Shown here: positions 9,674-18,741 of the stretch, piece after piece
Numbering within the stretch: position 1 is the stretch's first letter
Layout of the letters: the number at the start of each line of letters is the position of its first letter
Assembly: GCA_037445695.1 (NCBI GenBank)
Contig: JBBIKA010000002.1
Span: 28,211 to 80,291, forward strand
Reading direction: 5' to 3'
DNA from: Chloroflexota bacterium
Lineage (GTDB): Bacteria > Chloroflexota > Anaerolineae > CG2-30-64-16
DNA: 52,081 bases
Position numbers and translations under genes: made by a program
The notes under the pieces: generated by a model
Told to the model about the DNA's origin: nothing
The model's input: the letters and a program-made list of their open reading frames with translations, nothing else
Database searches by the model: none

Positions 9674-10036
9674 ATGGGCTTTTGGGACAAGCTACGGCGG
9701 GCCCTGAGCGGTCCGGCCGGCCAGAGCAGCGGCGGCGGCCGCAGCCACTTCGGCGACGATCCGCACACGTATTGGATCTATGCCCAATGCCGACGTTGCG
9801 GCGAGCCGCTCAAGGCGCGCATCAACCTGCTGAACGATCTCAGTGAGACGGAGGACGGCGAGGGATGGCTCGTCCGCAAGGGGCTGGTCGGCACCGGCGC
9901 CAACCGCTGCTTCCAGACGGTCGAGGTCACCCTCACGTTCGACCGCCAAAAGCAGAACGTGGTCGAAAGCCAGGTCGTGGGCGGCAGGTTGCTCACATTA
10001 CAGGAATACGAAGAGCTGACGCGCGCCGGAGCGTGA
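9674..10036 (+). CDS. Hypothetical protein (Cys-containing, ~120 aa)
   Basis: ATG at 9674 follows an AGGAGG RBS. Contains CRRCGEP plus a later Cys. I recognise no family. Coding-like composition. Confidence 0.6.
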   Translation: MGFWDKLRRALSGPAGQSSGGGRSHFGDDPHTYWIYAQCRRCGEPLKARINLLNDLSETEDGEGWLVRKGLVGTGANRCFQTVEVTLTFDRQKQNVVESQVVGGRLLTLQEYEELTRAGA

Positions 10037-10079
10037 GTGGTGCGCTTCACCTTTCACTTTTACAAGGAGCCTTTTATTC

Positions 10080-10844
10080 ATGCGAAAACCCATCCTTGCC
10101 GGCAACTGGAAGATGAACAAGACGCCGGCCGAAGCTGTAGAGTTCGTGCGAGCGGTGAGCCCCCTGGTGACTCCGTATGCCCAGGTGGAAACGGTTGTTT
10201 GTCCGCCGTTCGTGGCCTTGCCGGCCGTGGCCGAAGCGTTGCGCGGCATACCGATCGGCGTGGGCGCGCAGAACTGCCACTGGGCCGAGAGCGGCGCTTA
10301 CACGGGCGAGGTGTCCGCCGCCATGTTGAAGGGACTGGCGACCTACGTCATCATCGGACATTCGGAACGCCGCCAATACTTCGGCGAGACCGATGAGTCG
10401 GTCAACAAGAAGATCAAGGCCGCGTTGGCTCATGGCCTGGTGCCGATCGTCTGCGTGGGCGAAGACCTGACCCAGAATGAAGCCGGCCTCACCGACACGC
10501 TGGTCAGCGGACAGGTGCGGGCGGCCTTCGCCGGCCTGAGCGCCGAGCAGGCCGCGGGCGTCGTCATTGCCTACGAGCCGATCTGGGCTATCGGCACGGG
10601 CCGGAATGCCACGCCCGAGGTGGCCAACCGGGTGTGCGGCCGGGTGGTGCGGGCCACCATCGGCCAGCTCTACGGCGACGCGGTGGCCGACACGATCCGC
10701 ATTCAGTACGGCGGCAGCACAAATGACAAGAACATCGGTGAGCTGATGGCCATGCCCGATATTGACGGCGCGCTGATCGGGGGCGCCAGCCTGAAGGCGG
10801 ACGTCTTCGCGGCGATGGTGCGCATTACGGCCGGGCTTTACTGA
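10080..10844 (+). CDS. tpiA: Triosephosphate isomerase
   Basis: [29 protein letters not shown] and GGASLK motifs. AAGGAG RBS. Confidence 0.93.
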   Translation: MRKPILAGNWKMNKTPAEAVEFVRAVSPLVTPYAQVETVVCPPFVALPAVAEALRGIPIGVGAQNCHWAESGAYTGEVSAAMLKGLATYVIIGHSERRQYFGETDESVNKKIKAALAHGLVPIVCVGEDLTQNEAGLTDTLVSGQVRAAFAGLSAEQAAGVVIAYEPIWAIGTGRNATPEVANRVCGRVVRATIGQLYGDAVADTIRIQYGGSTNDKNIGELMAMPDIDGALIGGASLKADVFAAMVRITAGLY

Positions 10845-10858
10845 TTCGCCGCGCGCGC

Positions 10859-11599
10859 ATGGCCCTTCTTCCGCAGATCGTCGCCTTCGCGGCGACCTTG
10901 GCGTGTCTTCTCGTCTTGAGCCGGTGGATCACCCACCAGGTGTTGCGACTGGGGCACCATCTCACGCGCAACGAAGGCGCGGCGCTGATCGGCTACTATC
11001 TTCTGTTCTTTCCGGGCATCCTGTTGCACGAGCTGGGCCACGTGGCCATGGCCTGGATCGTCGGCCTGCGCGTGGGCCGATTGAGCCTGGGGCCGCGGCC
11101 GCGGCGCAACTCGATCGAACTGGGATCGGTGATGGTGAGCAGCGGCGATCCGCTGCGCGAGAGCCTGGTCGGCCTGGCGCCCTTTCTGGTCGGCAGCGCG
11201 GCCTTGTTGGCCATCGGCTACGGCGTGTTCGATGTGGCCGGCCTGGGCCAGGCGTGGTATGCCGGCGGCTGGTCGTCCGTGGTGCGCCGGCTCAACGGCA
11301 TCTGGCGCGTGCCCGACTTCTGGCTGTGGGCCTATCTGGTCTTCGCGATCAGCAATGCCATGACGCCAAGCCCGGCCGACCGCCGGCCGTGGCTGATCGC
11401 CGGCATCTATGTGGGCCTGGCGTTAGGGATGGCCTATCTGTTGGGCGGATTGGCTCTGGTGCCGCAGGGCTGGGGCGATCACGTGGCCGGCGCATTGCAG
11501 GTGTTGACGCTGGCGTTCCTGTTTACGCTGGCGTTGGATATGCTGGCCGCCCTGTTGCTCTGGTTGGCCGAGGTGCTGCTCGTCCGGCCGGGGAGATAA
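10859..11599 (+). CDS. Polytopic membrane protein with HExxH motif, site-2-protease (M50)-like
   Basis: HELGH lies in a predicted TM segment. A later NAMTPSPAD resembles the S2P NxxPxxxxD motif. No PDZ domain is apparent. Confidence 0.6.
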   Translation: MALLPQIVAFAATLACLLVLSRWITHQVLRLGHHLTRNEGAALIGYYLLFFPGILLHELGHVAMAWIVGLRVGRLSLGPRPRRNSIELGSVMVSSGDPLRESLVGLAPFLVGSAALLAIGYGVFDVAGLGQAWYAGGWSSVVRRLNGIWRVPDFWLWAYLVFAISNAMTPSPADRRPWLIAGIYVGLALGMAYLLGGLALVPQGWGDHVAGALQVLTLAFLFTLALDMLAALLLWLAEVLLVRPGR

Positions 11600-11607
11600 A
11601 AAGGGAA

Positions 11608-11646
11608 CAAAAAAGGGCGGGGCCACAGTGGCCCCGCCCTTTTTTG
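11608..11646. terminator. Bidirectional intrinsic terminator
   Basis: A-run, gggcggggcc / acagt / ggccccgccc, T6. It sits between convergent genes ending at 11599 (+) and 11672 (-). Confidence 0.8.
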
Positions 11647-11671
11647 TTGGCCGCGCCTTTGAGGGCACAGC

Positions 11672-11869
11672 TCACACCGCGTAGCACTTGCGATGATACG
11701 CCACGCTGTGCGACCGCGGCCGGCCGTTCTGGATCTCCGTGATCTTGACCATCAGCAGATCGCCGAACGTCACATCCTGTCCACATTTGACACAGCTATG
11801 GCCGCTCAGGGCCTTGCGGCGCTTTTCCAGAGTTGCAGTATCCGCACCCATCTTGGTTGCTTGAGCCAT
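11672..11869 (-). CDS. Small hypothetical protein (65 aa)
   Basis: ATG at 11869 is preceded by a GAGGTGA RBS. Sequence MAQATKMGADTATLEKRRKALSGHSCVKCGQ...HRKCYAV. The tracked 232-aa ORF extends upstream only by running through the GC-rich repeat. Confidence 0.55.
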   Translation of the reverse strand: MAQATKMGADTATLEKRRKALSGHSCVKCGQDVTFGDLLMVKITEIQNGRPRSHSVAYHRKCYAV

Positions 11870-11885
11870 GCGATCACCTCCTGAC

Positions 11886-11911
11886 AAAAAACCCGGCGCC
11901 GCAAAGCGCCG
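11886..11911 (-). terminator. Hairpin + U6 immediately upstream of the 65-aa ORF RBS
   Basis: On the minus strand: cggcgc / tttgcg / gcgccg, then gg + tttttt. This may be the trpB2 terminator or a leader attenuator. Confidence 0.5.
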
Positions 11912-11929
11912 AGGATGTTTACAGCTTCT

Positions 11930-11958
11930 ATTATCCGCGAAACGTGGGGGAATGTCAA
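11930..11958 (-). promoter_or_regulatory. Sigma-70-type promoter (minus strand)
   Basis: Minus strand TTGACA (11958-11953), 17-nt spacer, GATAAT (11935-11930). Confidence 0.45.
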
Positions 11959-11989
11959 ACTGGCGCTCATTGCGGTTAGGCCCACACCT

Positions 11990-12162
11990 CTCCTCTACCC
12001 CCTCCCCTCGCCCAAACTTGGGCGAGGGGAGGGGCAAGGGAAAATCCATTTGGACCCCTCCCCCGGCCCCTCCCCTACACGGGGAGGGGAGTAATGCTCC
12101 CCCTTCCCTGCAAGGGAAGGGGGCCGGGGGGTTAGGTGCAGGGAGAGAGGCCGGGGGGTTAG
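11990..12162. repeat. GC-rich hairpin mosaic repeat
   Basis: Three hairpins: ccctcccctcgccc-aaacttg-ggcgaggggaggg; cccctcccc-tacac-ggggagggg; ccccttccctg-ca-agggaagggg. Also a direct ggccggggggttag x2. Positions 12052-12124 are ~90% identical to the reverse complement of 14680-14749. Confidence 0.85.
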
Positions 12163-12173
12163 ATCCTGGCCGG

Positions 12174-13562
12174 TTATACCTGCGGCAGGGTGGCCAGTGA
12201 TTTCTCCATGTTCTCGGCCGAGAAGCCGTTGTCGGCCAGCCGGCCGGCCAGATATGCGTCGTAGGCGCCCATGTCGAAGTGGCCGTGGCCGGAGAGGTTG
12301 AAGAGGATGACCCTCTTTTCGTCCTTCTCGCGCGCGGCCAGGGCCTCGTCAATGGTCGCGCGGATGGCATGCGTCGTTTCCGGCGCGGGGATGATCCCTT
12401 CCTGGCGGGCGAAGAAGACGCCGGCCTCGAAGCACGCGTTTTGCGTATAGGCGCGCGGCTCGATGTAGCCGGCGCGCACGAGCGCGGAGATCGTCGGCGC
12501 CATGCCGTGATAGCGCAGGCCGCCCGCGTGGATCGCGGCCGGCTCGAAGTCGTGGCCGAGCGTGTACATCTTGATCAGCGGCGTCAAGCCCACCGTGTCG
12601 CCGAAGTCATAGGCGTAGATGCCCTTCGTCAGGCTGGGGCAAGAGCTCGGCTCGACCGCAATGAAGCGCGTCTGCTTCCCCTCGGTCAGATTTTTGTGCA
12701 GGAAGGGGAACGCCAGCCCGGCGAAGTTAGAGCCGCCGCCCACGCAGCCGATCACCACATCCGGGTATTCGCCGATCTCGGCCATGCCGTCCAGCGCCTC
12801 CTGGCCGATCACCGTTTGATGCAACAGGACGTGATTCAGCACCGAACCGAGCGAGTACTTGGTGGTGCCGCCGCTGGTGGCCGCTACTTCCACGGCCTCG
12901 GAGATGGCGATGCCCAGGCTGCCGTTGCTCTCGGGATTGCGCGCCAGGATCGTCCGGCCGGCCTGGGTGCGCTCCGACGGGCTGGGCGTGACGGTGGCGC
13001 CGTAGGTTTGCATGATGGAGCGGCGATAGGGCTTCTGCTGATAGCTGATTTTCACCATGAAGACTTCGATGGCGATCTTGAAGAAGTCGCCGGCGATCGC
13101 CAAAGCCGATCCCCATTGGCCGGCGCCGGTCTCGGTGGCGATGCGCTGGACCCCTTCCATCTTGTTGTAGTAGGCCTGGGGCACCGAGGTGTTGAGCTTG
13201 TGGCTGCCGCTTGGGCTGGATCCTTCGTACTTATAGTAGATGTGAGCGGGCGTATCCAGCGCTTTCTCCAGGCGCACGGCGCGGATCAGCGGCGTGGGTC
13301 GCCACAACCGATAGATGTCGCGCACCGCGTCGGGGATGGGGATGTAGCGTTCGCTGCTGACTTCCTGCATGATCAGCGCCATCGGGAAGAGGGGCGCCAG
13401 GTCGGCCGGCGTGACGGGTTGTTTGGTGGCCGGGTGCAATACCGGCGGCAGGGCTACCGGCATGTCGGCCAGGATATTGTACCAGTGGGTTGGAATGCGC
13501 GATTGGGGCAAGACGAGCCGAAAATCCTCGCTCAGATTGTTGAGTTGCGTTTCGTTGGACAT
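12174..13562 (-). CDS. trpB2: TrpB-like PLP-dependent enzyme (tryptophan synthase beta, type 2)
   Basis: 462 aa. Has the long N-terminal extension, the [19 protein letters not shown]-lysine motif and GGGSNFAG, all typical of the TrpB2 clade. Confidence 0.85.
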   Translation of the reverse strand: MSNETQLNNLSEDFRLVLPQSRIPTHWYNILADMPVALPPVLHPATKQPVTPADLAPLFPMALIMQEVSSERYIPIPDAVRDIYRLWRPTPLIRAVRLEKALDTPAHIYYKYEGSSPSGSHKLNTSVPQAYYNKMEGVQRIATETGAGQWGSALAIAGDFFKIAIEVFMVKISYQQKPYRRSIMQTYGATVTPSPSERTQAGRTILARNPESNGSLGIAISEAVEVAATSGGTTKYSLGSVLNHVLLHQTVIGQEALDGMAEIGEYPDVVIGCVGGGSNFAGLAFPFLHKNLTEGKQTRFIAVEPSSCPSLTKGIYAYDFGDTVGLTPLIKMYTLGHDFEPAAIHAGGLRYHGMAPTISALVRAGYIEPRAYTQNACFEAGVFFARQEGIIPAPETTHAIRATIDEALAAREKDEKRVILFNLSGHGHFDMGAYDAYLAGRLADNGFSAENMEKSLATLPQV

Positions 13563-13649
13563 AGCTCCCTCCCTGGGTGATATGGGCTGTTCGGCCCGGT
13601 GATAAATCGGCGGGCGTGTTTTGGGAAGGGAGAGGGCTACGCCCGCCGG

Positions 13650-13997
13650 AAATCAAAAAGCCCTCGCCCCGAAAAGGGGACGAGGGCTTGCAAACCACCC
13701 GCGGTGCCACCCCGATTAGGCCGTCATACGACGACCTCACTCATTGGCAGGGACAGGCCGCCGATTCACCGGCGCATGGCCCGCGCCACGCTGCGCAGAC
13801 AGAACCGATCCCCTCGGTCGTGATAACGGTGACGTCTCCGGCGCAGCCTACTCGGCGAACCTTTCAGCCTGCAGCTCCCTGGTCCATTCAACGCTCGCAG
13901 CGGCGCCGACCTCGCAGCTCAACGGCCGGCTCTCTGCAGCCCTTGACGCGCGCCTACTAGTCCAGTTCACAGCTTTTCAGTGGCAATATTCAATTGG
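13650..13997 (-). promoter_or_regulatory. T-box leader with UGG (Trp) specifier
   Basis: Read on the minus strand: AGAGA box; GCUGCGAG distal motif; GAA-UGG-A specifier (UGG = complement of 13884-13886); T-box sequence AATCGGGGTGGCACCGCGGGTGG (13691-13720). Terminator gccctcgtcccc/ggggcgagggc + U5 lies at 13655-13687. Confidence 0.85.
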
Positions 13998-14004
13998 CAG
14001 AAAG

Positions 14005-14033
14005 AATATAGCACAGGATGAACGGCGTGTCAA
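14005..14033 (-). promoter_or_regulatory. Sigma-70-type promoter of the Trp T-box leader
   Basis: Minus strand TTGACA (14033-14028), 17-nt spacer, TATATT (14010-14005). Confidence 0.6.
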
Positions 14034-14137
14034 ACGGCGTAAAGGCGGCTGAAGGGGCTTTTGCGGACGGCGAAGCTGTCCATAAAAGCCCAACTCGCCT
14101 TCTCCCCGGTGGTGCGGTTGGGAGAGCGGCTACCGCC

Positions 14138-14461
14138 TCATAAGAGGGGTTTCAGGCGTTCGAGCAGCCGATCTTTGGGCAGGAAGCCGACGATGGAGTC
14201 GGCAAGCTGGCCATCGCGGAAGACCAGCAAGGTGGGGATGCCCGTGATGCCGTATTTTTCCGGCGTGGCCGGGTTGCTATCCACGTCGAGCTTGGTGATT
14301 TTAAGCTTGCCGGCGTACTCGGCCGCCAGTTCTTCCAGGATCGGCGCGATGCGCTTGCAGGGCACGCACCAATCGGCCCAGAAATCGGTGATGACGAGGC
14401 CGCTGGCGCGGAGCACCTCGGCTTCGAAGGTCGCATCGGTGATCGGTATCGGAGCAGTCAT
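14138..14461 (-). CDS. trxA: Thioredoxin
   Basis: 107 aa starting at MTAPIPITDATFEAEVL, after an AGGAGAA RBS. The active site is WCVPC rather than the usual WCGPC. Confidence 0.9.
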   Translation of the reverse strand: MTAPIPITDATFEAEVLRASGLVITDFWADWCVPCKRIAPILEELAAEYAGKLKITKLDVDSNPATPEKYGITGIPTLLVFRDGQLADSIVGFLPKDRLLERLKPLL

Positions 14462-14498
14462 CGGTTTTGTATTCTCCTGTCGGGCGTGATTCCAGGCC

Positions 14499-14527
14499 AT
14501 GTTATCCGGCAATTGCCCTCCTGTCAA
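14499..14527 (-). promoter_or_regulatory. Sigma-70-type promoter upstream of trxA
   Basis: Minus strand TTGACA (14527-14522), 17-nt spacer, TAACAT (14504-14499). Confidence 0.5.
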
Positions 14528-14621
14528 GGCAAGCGGGGTTGGGGCTTGGGGGCCGGCGGCGGCTTGCCGGCGCGAGAAACATTGGCCGTAAATGTTCACG
14601 GTTATATCGTACGATCTCCGC

Positions 14622-14893
14622 CCCTAACCCCCATAAGTGTCCGGCTTAAAAGGGGGTGAGGGCCACCTGATCCCCTGTTCCCCTTCCCTGCGAGGGAAGG
14701 GGGAGAATAACTCCCCTCCCCGTGTAGGGGAGGGGCCGGGGGAGGGGTCTTTTACGGGGGCGGGGAGAAGCCGAAATGGGGTTTTTGCGGGCGGCTTCGC
14801 CGCCCGCAAAAACCCCACCCAGCCACTTCCCCCTCTCCTGCAGGCGGGAGAGGGGGCCAGGGGTGAGGGCATTGGCCTGGTCGCACAACACGC
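14622..14893. repeat. Composite GC-rich hairpin mosaic (at least two juxtaposed modules)
   Basis: 14680-14749 is the reverse complement (~90%) of 12052-12124. 14756-14893 is ~85% identical to the reverse complement of 18742-18868, including the non-hairpin flank ggcctggtcgcacaacacgc. Confidence 0.9.
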
Positions 14894-14929
14894 AGGGTAA
14901 CGGCGAACACTCACCATTGGCCTTTTAAA

Positions 14930-14967
14930 CACGAACGCCGGGGGTGCTGGCGTCCCCGGCGTTCGTG
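14930..14967 (-). terminator. Terminator-like hairpin downstream of comEA
   Basis: 14-bp stem cacgaacgccgggg / ccccggcgttcgtg with a 10-nt loop. On the minus strand it is followed by UUUAAAAGG. Confidence 0.55.
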
Positions 14968-15105
14968 CGCAAAGGAGGAGGAAGAATCTAACGCCAGCAT
15001 ACGCGATTTTGTCCGCCGCGCCAAGTGAGCGAGCTTCCTAATTCCAAAGGTTCCTCTGCCCTGCCGGCGGCCGGAACGCGCGGCCGCTACGCCGCGCCAC
15101 GCCTG

Positions 15106-15708
15106 TCATTTGACCGTCACCAGGTCCTTCAGCTTGTCGAAGGTGGCCTGGCCGATCCCTTTGACCCGCAACAGGTCCTCGACCGCGGCGTAGGGCCGGC
15201 CTTCGATGATCCGCTGGGCGGTAGCCGGGCCGATGCCGGGCAGGGCATCCAGCTCTTCCAGTGTGGCCGTGTTCAGATTAATCAATTTGCCCGGCGCAGA
15301 GACTTGCAGCGAGCGCGTTGCCGCGGTCGGCGTAGGGAGCGTGATGGCCGTGGGGATCGGTTGGGCGATGCGCGGCACGTAGACCTGAGCGCCGTCGTAC
15401 AGCGCGGTCGCCTTGTTGATGCGATCCAGGTCGGCATCGGCCGTAGGGCCGCCGGCCGCGGCGATCGCGTCGGCCACCAGGCTGCCGTGCGGCACGGTGT
15501 AGACGCCCGGCGCGTTGACCGCGCCGGCCACGTCCACGCGCAGGGGACCGCTCGTGGGAGTGGCCGGCGCCGTGGCCGGCGGTAGCGTCGGCGGCGGGAT
15601 GATCTCGATCGGCTCGCCGGCCGGCCGGCGGGTGATGAAGAGCACGCCGGCCAGGATGGCGAGCCAGATCAACGACAGGCCGATGTAGCCGCGCAGATCT
15701 TTCGACAT
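15106..15708 (-). CDS. comEA: ComEA family DNA-binding protein (TM + SLBB + helix-hairpin-helix)
   Basis: The C-terminal INLNTATLEELDALPGIGPATAQRIIEGRPY...GIGQATFDKLK is the ComEA HhH signature. There is an N-terminal TM helix. Confidence 0.85.
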   Translation of the reverse strand: MSKDLRGYIGLSLIWLAILAGVLFITRRPAGEPIEIIPPPTLPPATAPATPTSGPLRVDVAGAVNAPGVYTVPHGSLVADAIAAAGGPTADADLDRINKATALYDGAQVYVPRIAQPIPTAITLPTPTAATRSLQVSAPGKLINLNTATLEELDALPGIGPATAQRIIEGRPYAAVEDLLRVKGIGQATFDKLKDLVTVK

Positions 15709-15773
15709 GTTCAGCTCCCCTTATGCATGTCGTTGGCATCCGATCGGCCGGCTCTGGCCCGCGCGAGGAGCTT

Positions 15774-16613
15774 TCAGCTCGCGTCGCCGCCGGCCGCCTC
15801 GCCGGCCGTCTCGGCCGGCGGCGTCGGCGGCAACTCCGCGCTCGCCGGCGCGGCGAACGTCCGGCCGGTCAACGCGTTCAACAGTTCGATCGGCAGCGGG
15901 AAGATGATCGTCGAGTTCTTGTCGGCCGCGATCTCGGTAAGCGTCTGCAGATAGCGCAGTTGCAGGGCGGCCGGCGCCTGGCTCATGATCTGCGCGGCGC
16001 TGGTCAGGCGCTGCGATGCCGCGTATTCACCCTCGGCGTTGATGATCTTCGCGCGGCGCTCGCGTTCGGCCTGCGCCTGGATCGCCATGGCCCGTTTCAT
16101 GTTCTCGGGCAGCTCCACGTCCTTTACCTCGACGATGCTCACCTTCACGCCCCATGGCTCGGTCTGTTCGTCAATGATGCGCTGGAGCTTCTGGTTGATC
16201 GCGTCGCGATGCGTCAGCAGCTCGTCCAGTTCGGATTGGCCCAACACCGAGCGCAAGCTGGTCTGCGAGATCTGGAACGTGGCCCGGCGGTAGTCCTCGA
16301 CGGCCACGATCGCTTGCGAGGGGTTCATCACGCGGAAGTAAGCCACGGCATTGACCTTGATCGTGACGTTGTCCTTCGTGATCACTTCTTGGGCCGGAAC
16401 ATCCAGCGTTACCACCCGCAGGTCTACTTTCACCATCCGGTCAATGATCGGGATGATGAAGAACAGGCCCGGTCCTTTGGCGCCGACCAGGCGGCCGAGC
16501 CGGAAGATGACCCCGCGTTCGTATTCCTGGACGACTTTGATGGCCGAGCTGGCTACGGCAAACACGGCTAACAGCAACAACCCCAGATTGATCAGTGATC
16601 CGAATATCTCCAT
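15774..16613 (-). CDS. SPFH/band-7 (stomatin-like) membrane protein
   Basis: N-terminal TM helix followed by [14 protein letters not shown]...GPGLFFIIP...TKDNV, typical of stomatin/slipin. GGAGGA RBS. Confidence 0.88.
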   Translation of the reverse strand: MEIFGSLINLGLLLLAVFAVASSAIKVVQEYERGVIFRLGRLVGAKGPGLFFIIPIIDRMVKVDLRVVTLDVPAQEVITKDNVTIKVNAVAYFRVMNPSQAIVAVEDYRRATFQISQTSLRSVLGQSELDELLTHRDAINQKLQRIIDEQTEPWGVKVSIVEVKDVELPENMKRAMAIQAQAERERRAKIINAEGEYAASQRLTSAAQIMSQAPAALQLRYLQTLTEIAADKNSTIIFPLPIELLNALTGRTFAAPASAELPPTPPAETAGEAAGGDAS

Positions 16614-16767
16614 GGCTTATCCTCCGTTTGTGGGATGTGCAATCGTTAACGACTGTATTATAGCGCAATGGGCCGCAAAATCCTATCTGTCCGCCCCCAG
16701 GAGGAGTTGCGCAACGCCCGGACGCCGACCCATTGGTCGTGCTTTCGGTTGTTCACCTGTGGATAAC

Positions 16768-16797
16768 TTGGGCAAAACTGTGGATATCTGTGTGTAA
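16768..16797 (-). promoter_or_regulatory. Two DnaA-box-like 9-mers in direct orientation, 21 bp apart
   Basis: tgtggataa (16768-16776) is the complement of the consensus TTATCCACA. tgtggatat (16789-16797) is the complement of ATATCCACA, one mismatch. Confidence 0.4.
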
Positions 16798-16817
16798 TTC
16801 CAGGGGAAAGGCCAACC

Positions 16818-16858
16818 GTGCGGCCCGATCGGCGGCAAGGCCGCCGATCGGGCCGCAC
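16818..16858 (-). terminator. Long perfect hairpin just downstream of metG
   Basis: 19-bp stem gtgcggcccgatcggcggc / gccgccgatcgggccgcac with a 3-nt loop. The U tail on the minus strand is weak. Confidence 0.55.
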
Positions 16859-16863
16859 GCGCC

Positions 16864-18624
16864 TTATGCGCCGCGCGTCATCCGTTCGATCTCTTCGTCC
16901 ACGATGCCCTCATCCAGCTTGCGGAAGAGGGGCGCCGGCTCGCGCAGCTTCTGGCCGGGCGCCAGCTCGCTGATGGCCCACCGGCCGGTGGCGCCGGCTC
17001 GATCGTAGCGCAGCGCCAGATGCCGGCGTCCCTGCTCCTGGATCACCTCGGTGTACTGCCGGCCGAACAGCTCGCCGTCATAGCCCAGGTAGTGGTGCAG
17101 GCGTTGACAGGTGAACGGCAGGAAGGGCGCCAGCATCGTCTTCAAGGTGTCAATCACGCGCAGCGCCACGAATACCGAGGTGGCCGCCGCAACCGGATCG
17201 GTCTTGATCTGCTTCCACGGCTCCTTCAGGTTCAGGTAGCGGTTGGCTTCGTGCGCCAATCCCATGGCGGTCTCCAGCGCTTGTTTCAGCTTCACCGCCT
17301 CCAGGAGAGCCGTGACCTTTTCGAAGGTCGGCGCGACCTGGGCGAGCAGCGCCTGATCCGCGTCGTCGAACGGCCCCGGCCGTGGCACCGCGGCATCGAA
17401 CCGTTTGAATGCAAAGCCCAACACCCGGTTCGCCAGGTTGCCCCAGGTGGCCACCAGTTCTTCATTGTTGCGGCGCAGGAAATCCTCCCAGGTGAAGTTG
17501 ACGTCCTGGGTCTCCGGGAAGTTGGCCGCCAGCGCATAGCGCCATGGGTCGGGATCGTAGCGGTCCAACACGTCGTTCATCACGATCAGCCAGCGCCGGC
17601 TCTTGCTCAGCTTGCGGCCTTCGACGTTCAAGTACTCGTTGGAGGGCACGTCGTAGGGCAGGTTCAACCCCTGGCCGTAGCCGATCAGCATGGCCGGCCA
17701 GATGATCGCATGAAACTCGATGTTGTCCTTGCCGATGAAATAATAGGCGCGACACGCCGGATCGGTCCACCAGGCGCGCCAGGCGTCGGGTGCGCCGGTC
17801 AGCGCGGCCCATTCCTTCGTGGCCGACAGGTAGCCGATCACCGCGTCGTACCAGACGTAGATGCGTTTGTCGTCGAAGCCCGGCACGGGAATCGTCACGC
17901 CCCATTGGATATCGCGCGTGATCGGCCGGCCGCGCAGTTCGCGGCTTTCCAGCCGGGCACGCGCCTGGTTGATCACGTTGGGCCGCCAGTGATCCTTCTT
18001 GCCGTCGTTGATCCAGGCGAGGAGCGGATCGTTTAGCTTGCCCAGGTCGAGGAAGAAGTGTTGCGTCGTGCGGATCTCGATGTGTGTTCCGCTGCAGTAC
18101 TTGCAGCGCGGCCGGATCAGCGTGATCGCGTCATAAGTGCGGCCGCAGTTATCGCACTGATCCCCTCGTGCGCCATCGTAGCCGCAATAGGGACAGACGC
18201 CCTCCACATAGCGGTCGGCCAGCCACTTGGCGCAGTCCACGCAGTAGAGCTGCTGCATGGTGTCCAGGTAAATATAGCCGTTCGCCAGGTGCGTCTTGAA
18301 CATGTCCTGGGTCACCGCCCAATGGTTTTCGGTATCGGTCTCCGTGAACAGATCGTAGCTGATCCCCAGCCGCTGATACATGCTCACGATGCGCGGATGG
18401 TAGCGATCTACGATCTCGCGCGGGGTGACGCCTTCTTCTTCCGCGCGCACGGTGATCGGCGTGCCGTGCGTATCGGAGCCCGACAACATCAATACGTCGT
18501 TCCCGGCCAGGCGATGGTAACGCGCAAAGATGTCGGGCGGCAGATACGCGCCGGCGATGTGGCCGATGTGCAACTCGCCGTTGCAGTAGGGCCAGGCGGT
18601 GAAAACCAGGATCTTCTCGGGCAT
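16864..18624 (-). CDS. metG: Methionine--tRNA ligase
   Basis: ATG at 18624 follows a GGAGGCG RBS. Has the HIGH-type motif (NGELHIGH), KMSKS-type KLSKS and zinc knuckles CPYCG/CDNCG. No C-terminal tRNA-binding appendage. Confidence 0.92.
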   Translation of the reverse strand: MPEKILVFTAWPYCNGELHIGHIAGAYLPPDIFARYHRLAGNDVLMLSGSDTHGTPITVRAEEEGVTPREIVDRYHPRIVSMYQRLGISYDLFTETDTENHWAVTQDMFKTHLANGYIYLDTMQQLYCVDCAKWLADRYVEGVCPYCGYDGARGDQCDNCGRTYDAITLIRPRCKYCSGTHIEIRTTQHFFLDLGKLNDPLLAWINDGKKDHWRPNVINQARARLESRELRGRPITRDIQWGVTIPVPGFDDKRIYVWYDAVIGYLSATKEWAALTGAPDAWRAWWTDPACRAYYFIGKDNIEFHAIIWPAMLIGYGQGLNLPYDVPSNEYLNVEGRKLSKSRRWLIVMNDVLDRYDPDPWRYALAANFPETQDVNFTWEDFLRRNNEELVATWGNLANRVLGFAFKRFDAAVPRPGPFDDADQALLAQVAPTFEKVTALLEAVKLKQALETAMGLAHEANRYLNLKEPWKQIKTDPVAAATSVFVALRVIDTLKTMLAPFLPFTCQRLHHYLGYDGELFGRQYTEVIQEQGRRHLALRYDRAGATGRWAISELAPGQKLREPAPLFRKLDEGIVDEEIERMTRGA

Positions 18625-18687
18625 AAACGCCTCCAACAAAAAATAGTGGTGTTTGGGCCACCGGCACAGTCGTTCGGGTGTGCACGT

Positions 18688-18696
18688 ATTTTAGCA
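18688..18696 (-). promoter_or_regulatory. Extended -10 promoter candidate for metG
   Basis: Minus strand TGC-TAAAAT. The -35 element is weak. Confidence 0.35.
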
Positions 18697-18741
18697 CAAG
18701 GGAATACAGAAGGGAAACGCGTCAGTGTTCACCTTTATCTC

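Noticed and set aside
14624-14932. Small ORFs translated through the GC-rich hairpin mosaics: 14624-14932(-), 14637-14900(+), 18769-18999(-), 11868-12200(+) and the N-terminal 167 aa of 11672-12370(-).
   Set aside because: They exist only because the repeats lack stop codons. The same peptide motifs (GEGxGE, PLSRLRERGK) recur wherever the repeat recurs and in both orientations, so this is repeat DNA rather than genes.
16768-16797. DnaA boxes considered as a replication origin.
   Set aside because: There are only two boxes, no AT-rich unwinding element and no dnaA/dnaN/gidA neighbourhood. The site is kept only as a possible DnaA-regulated or titration site.
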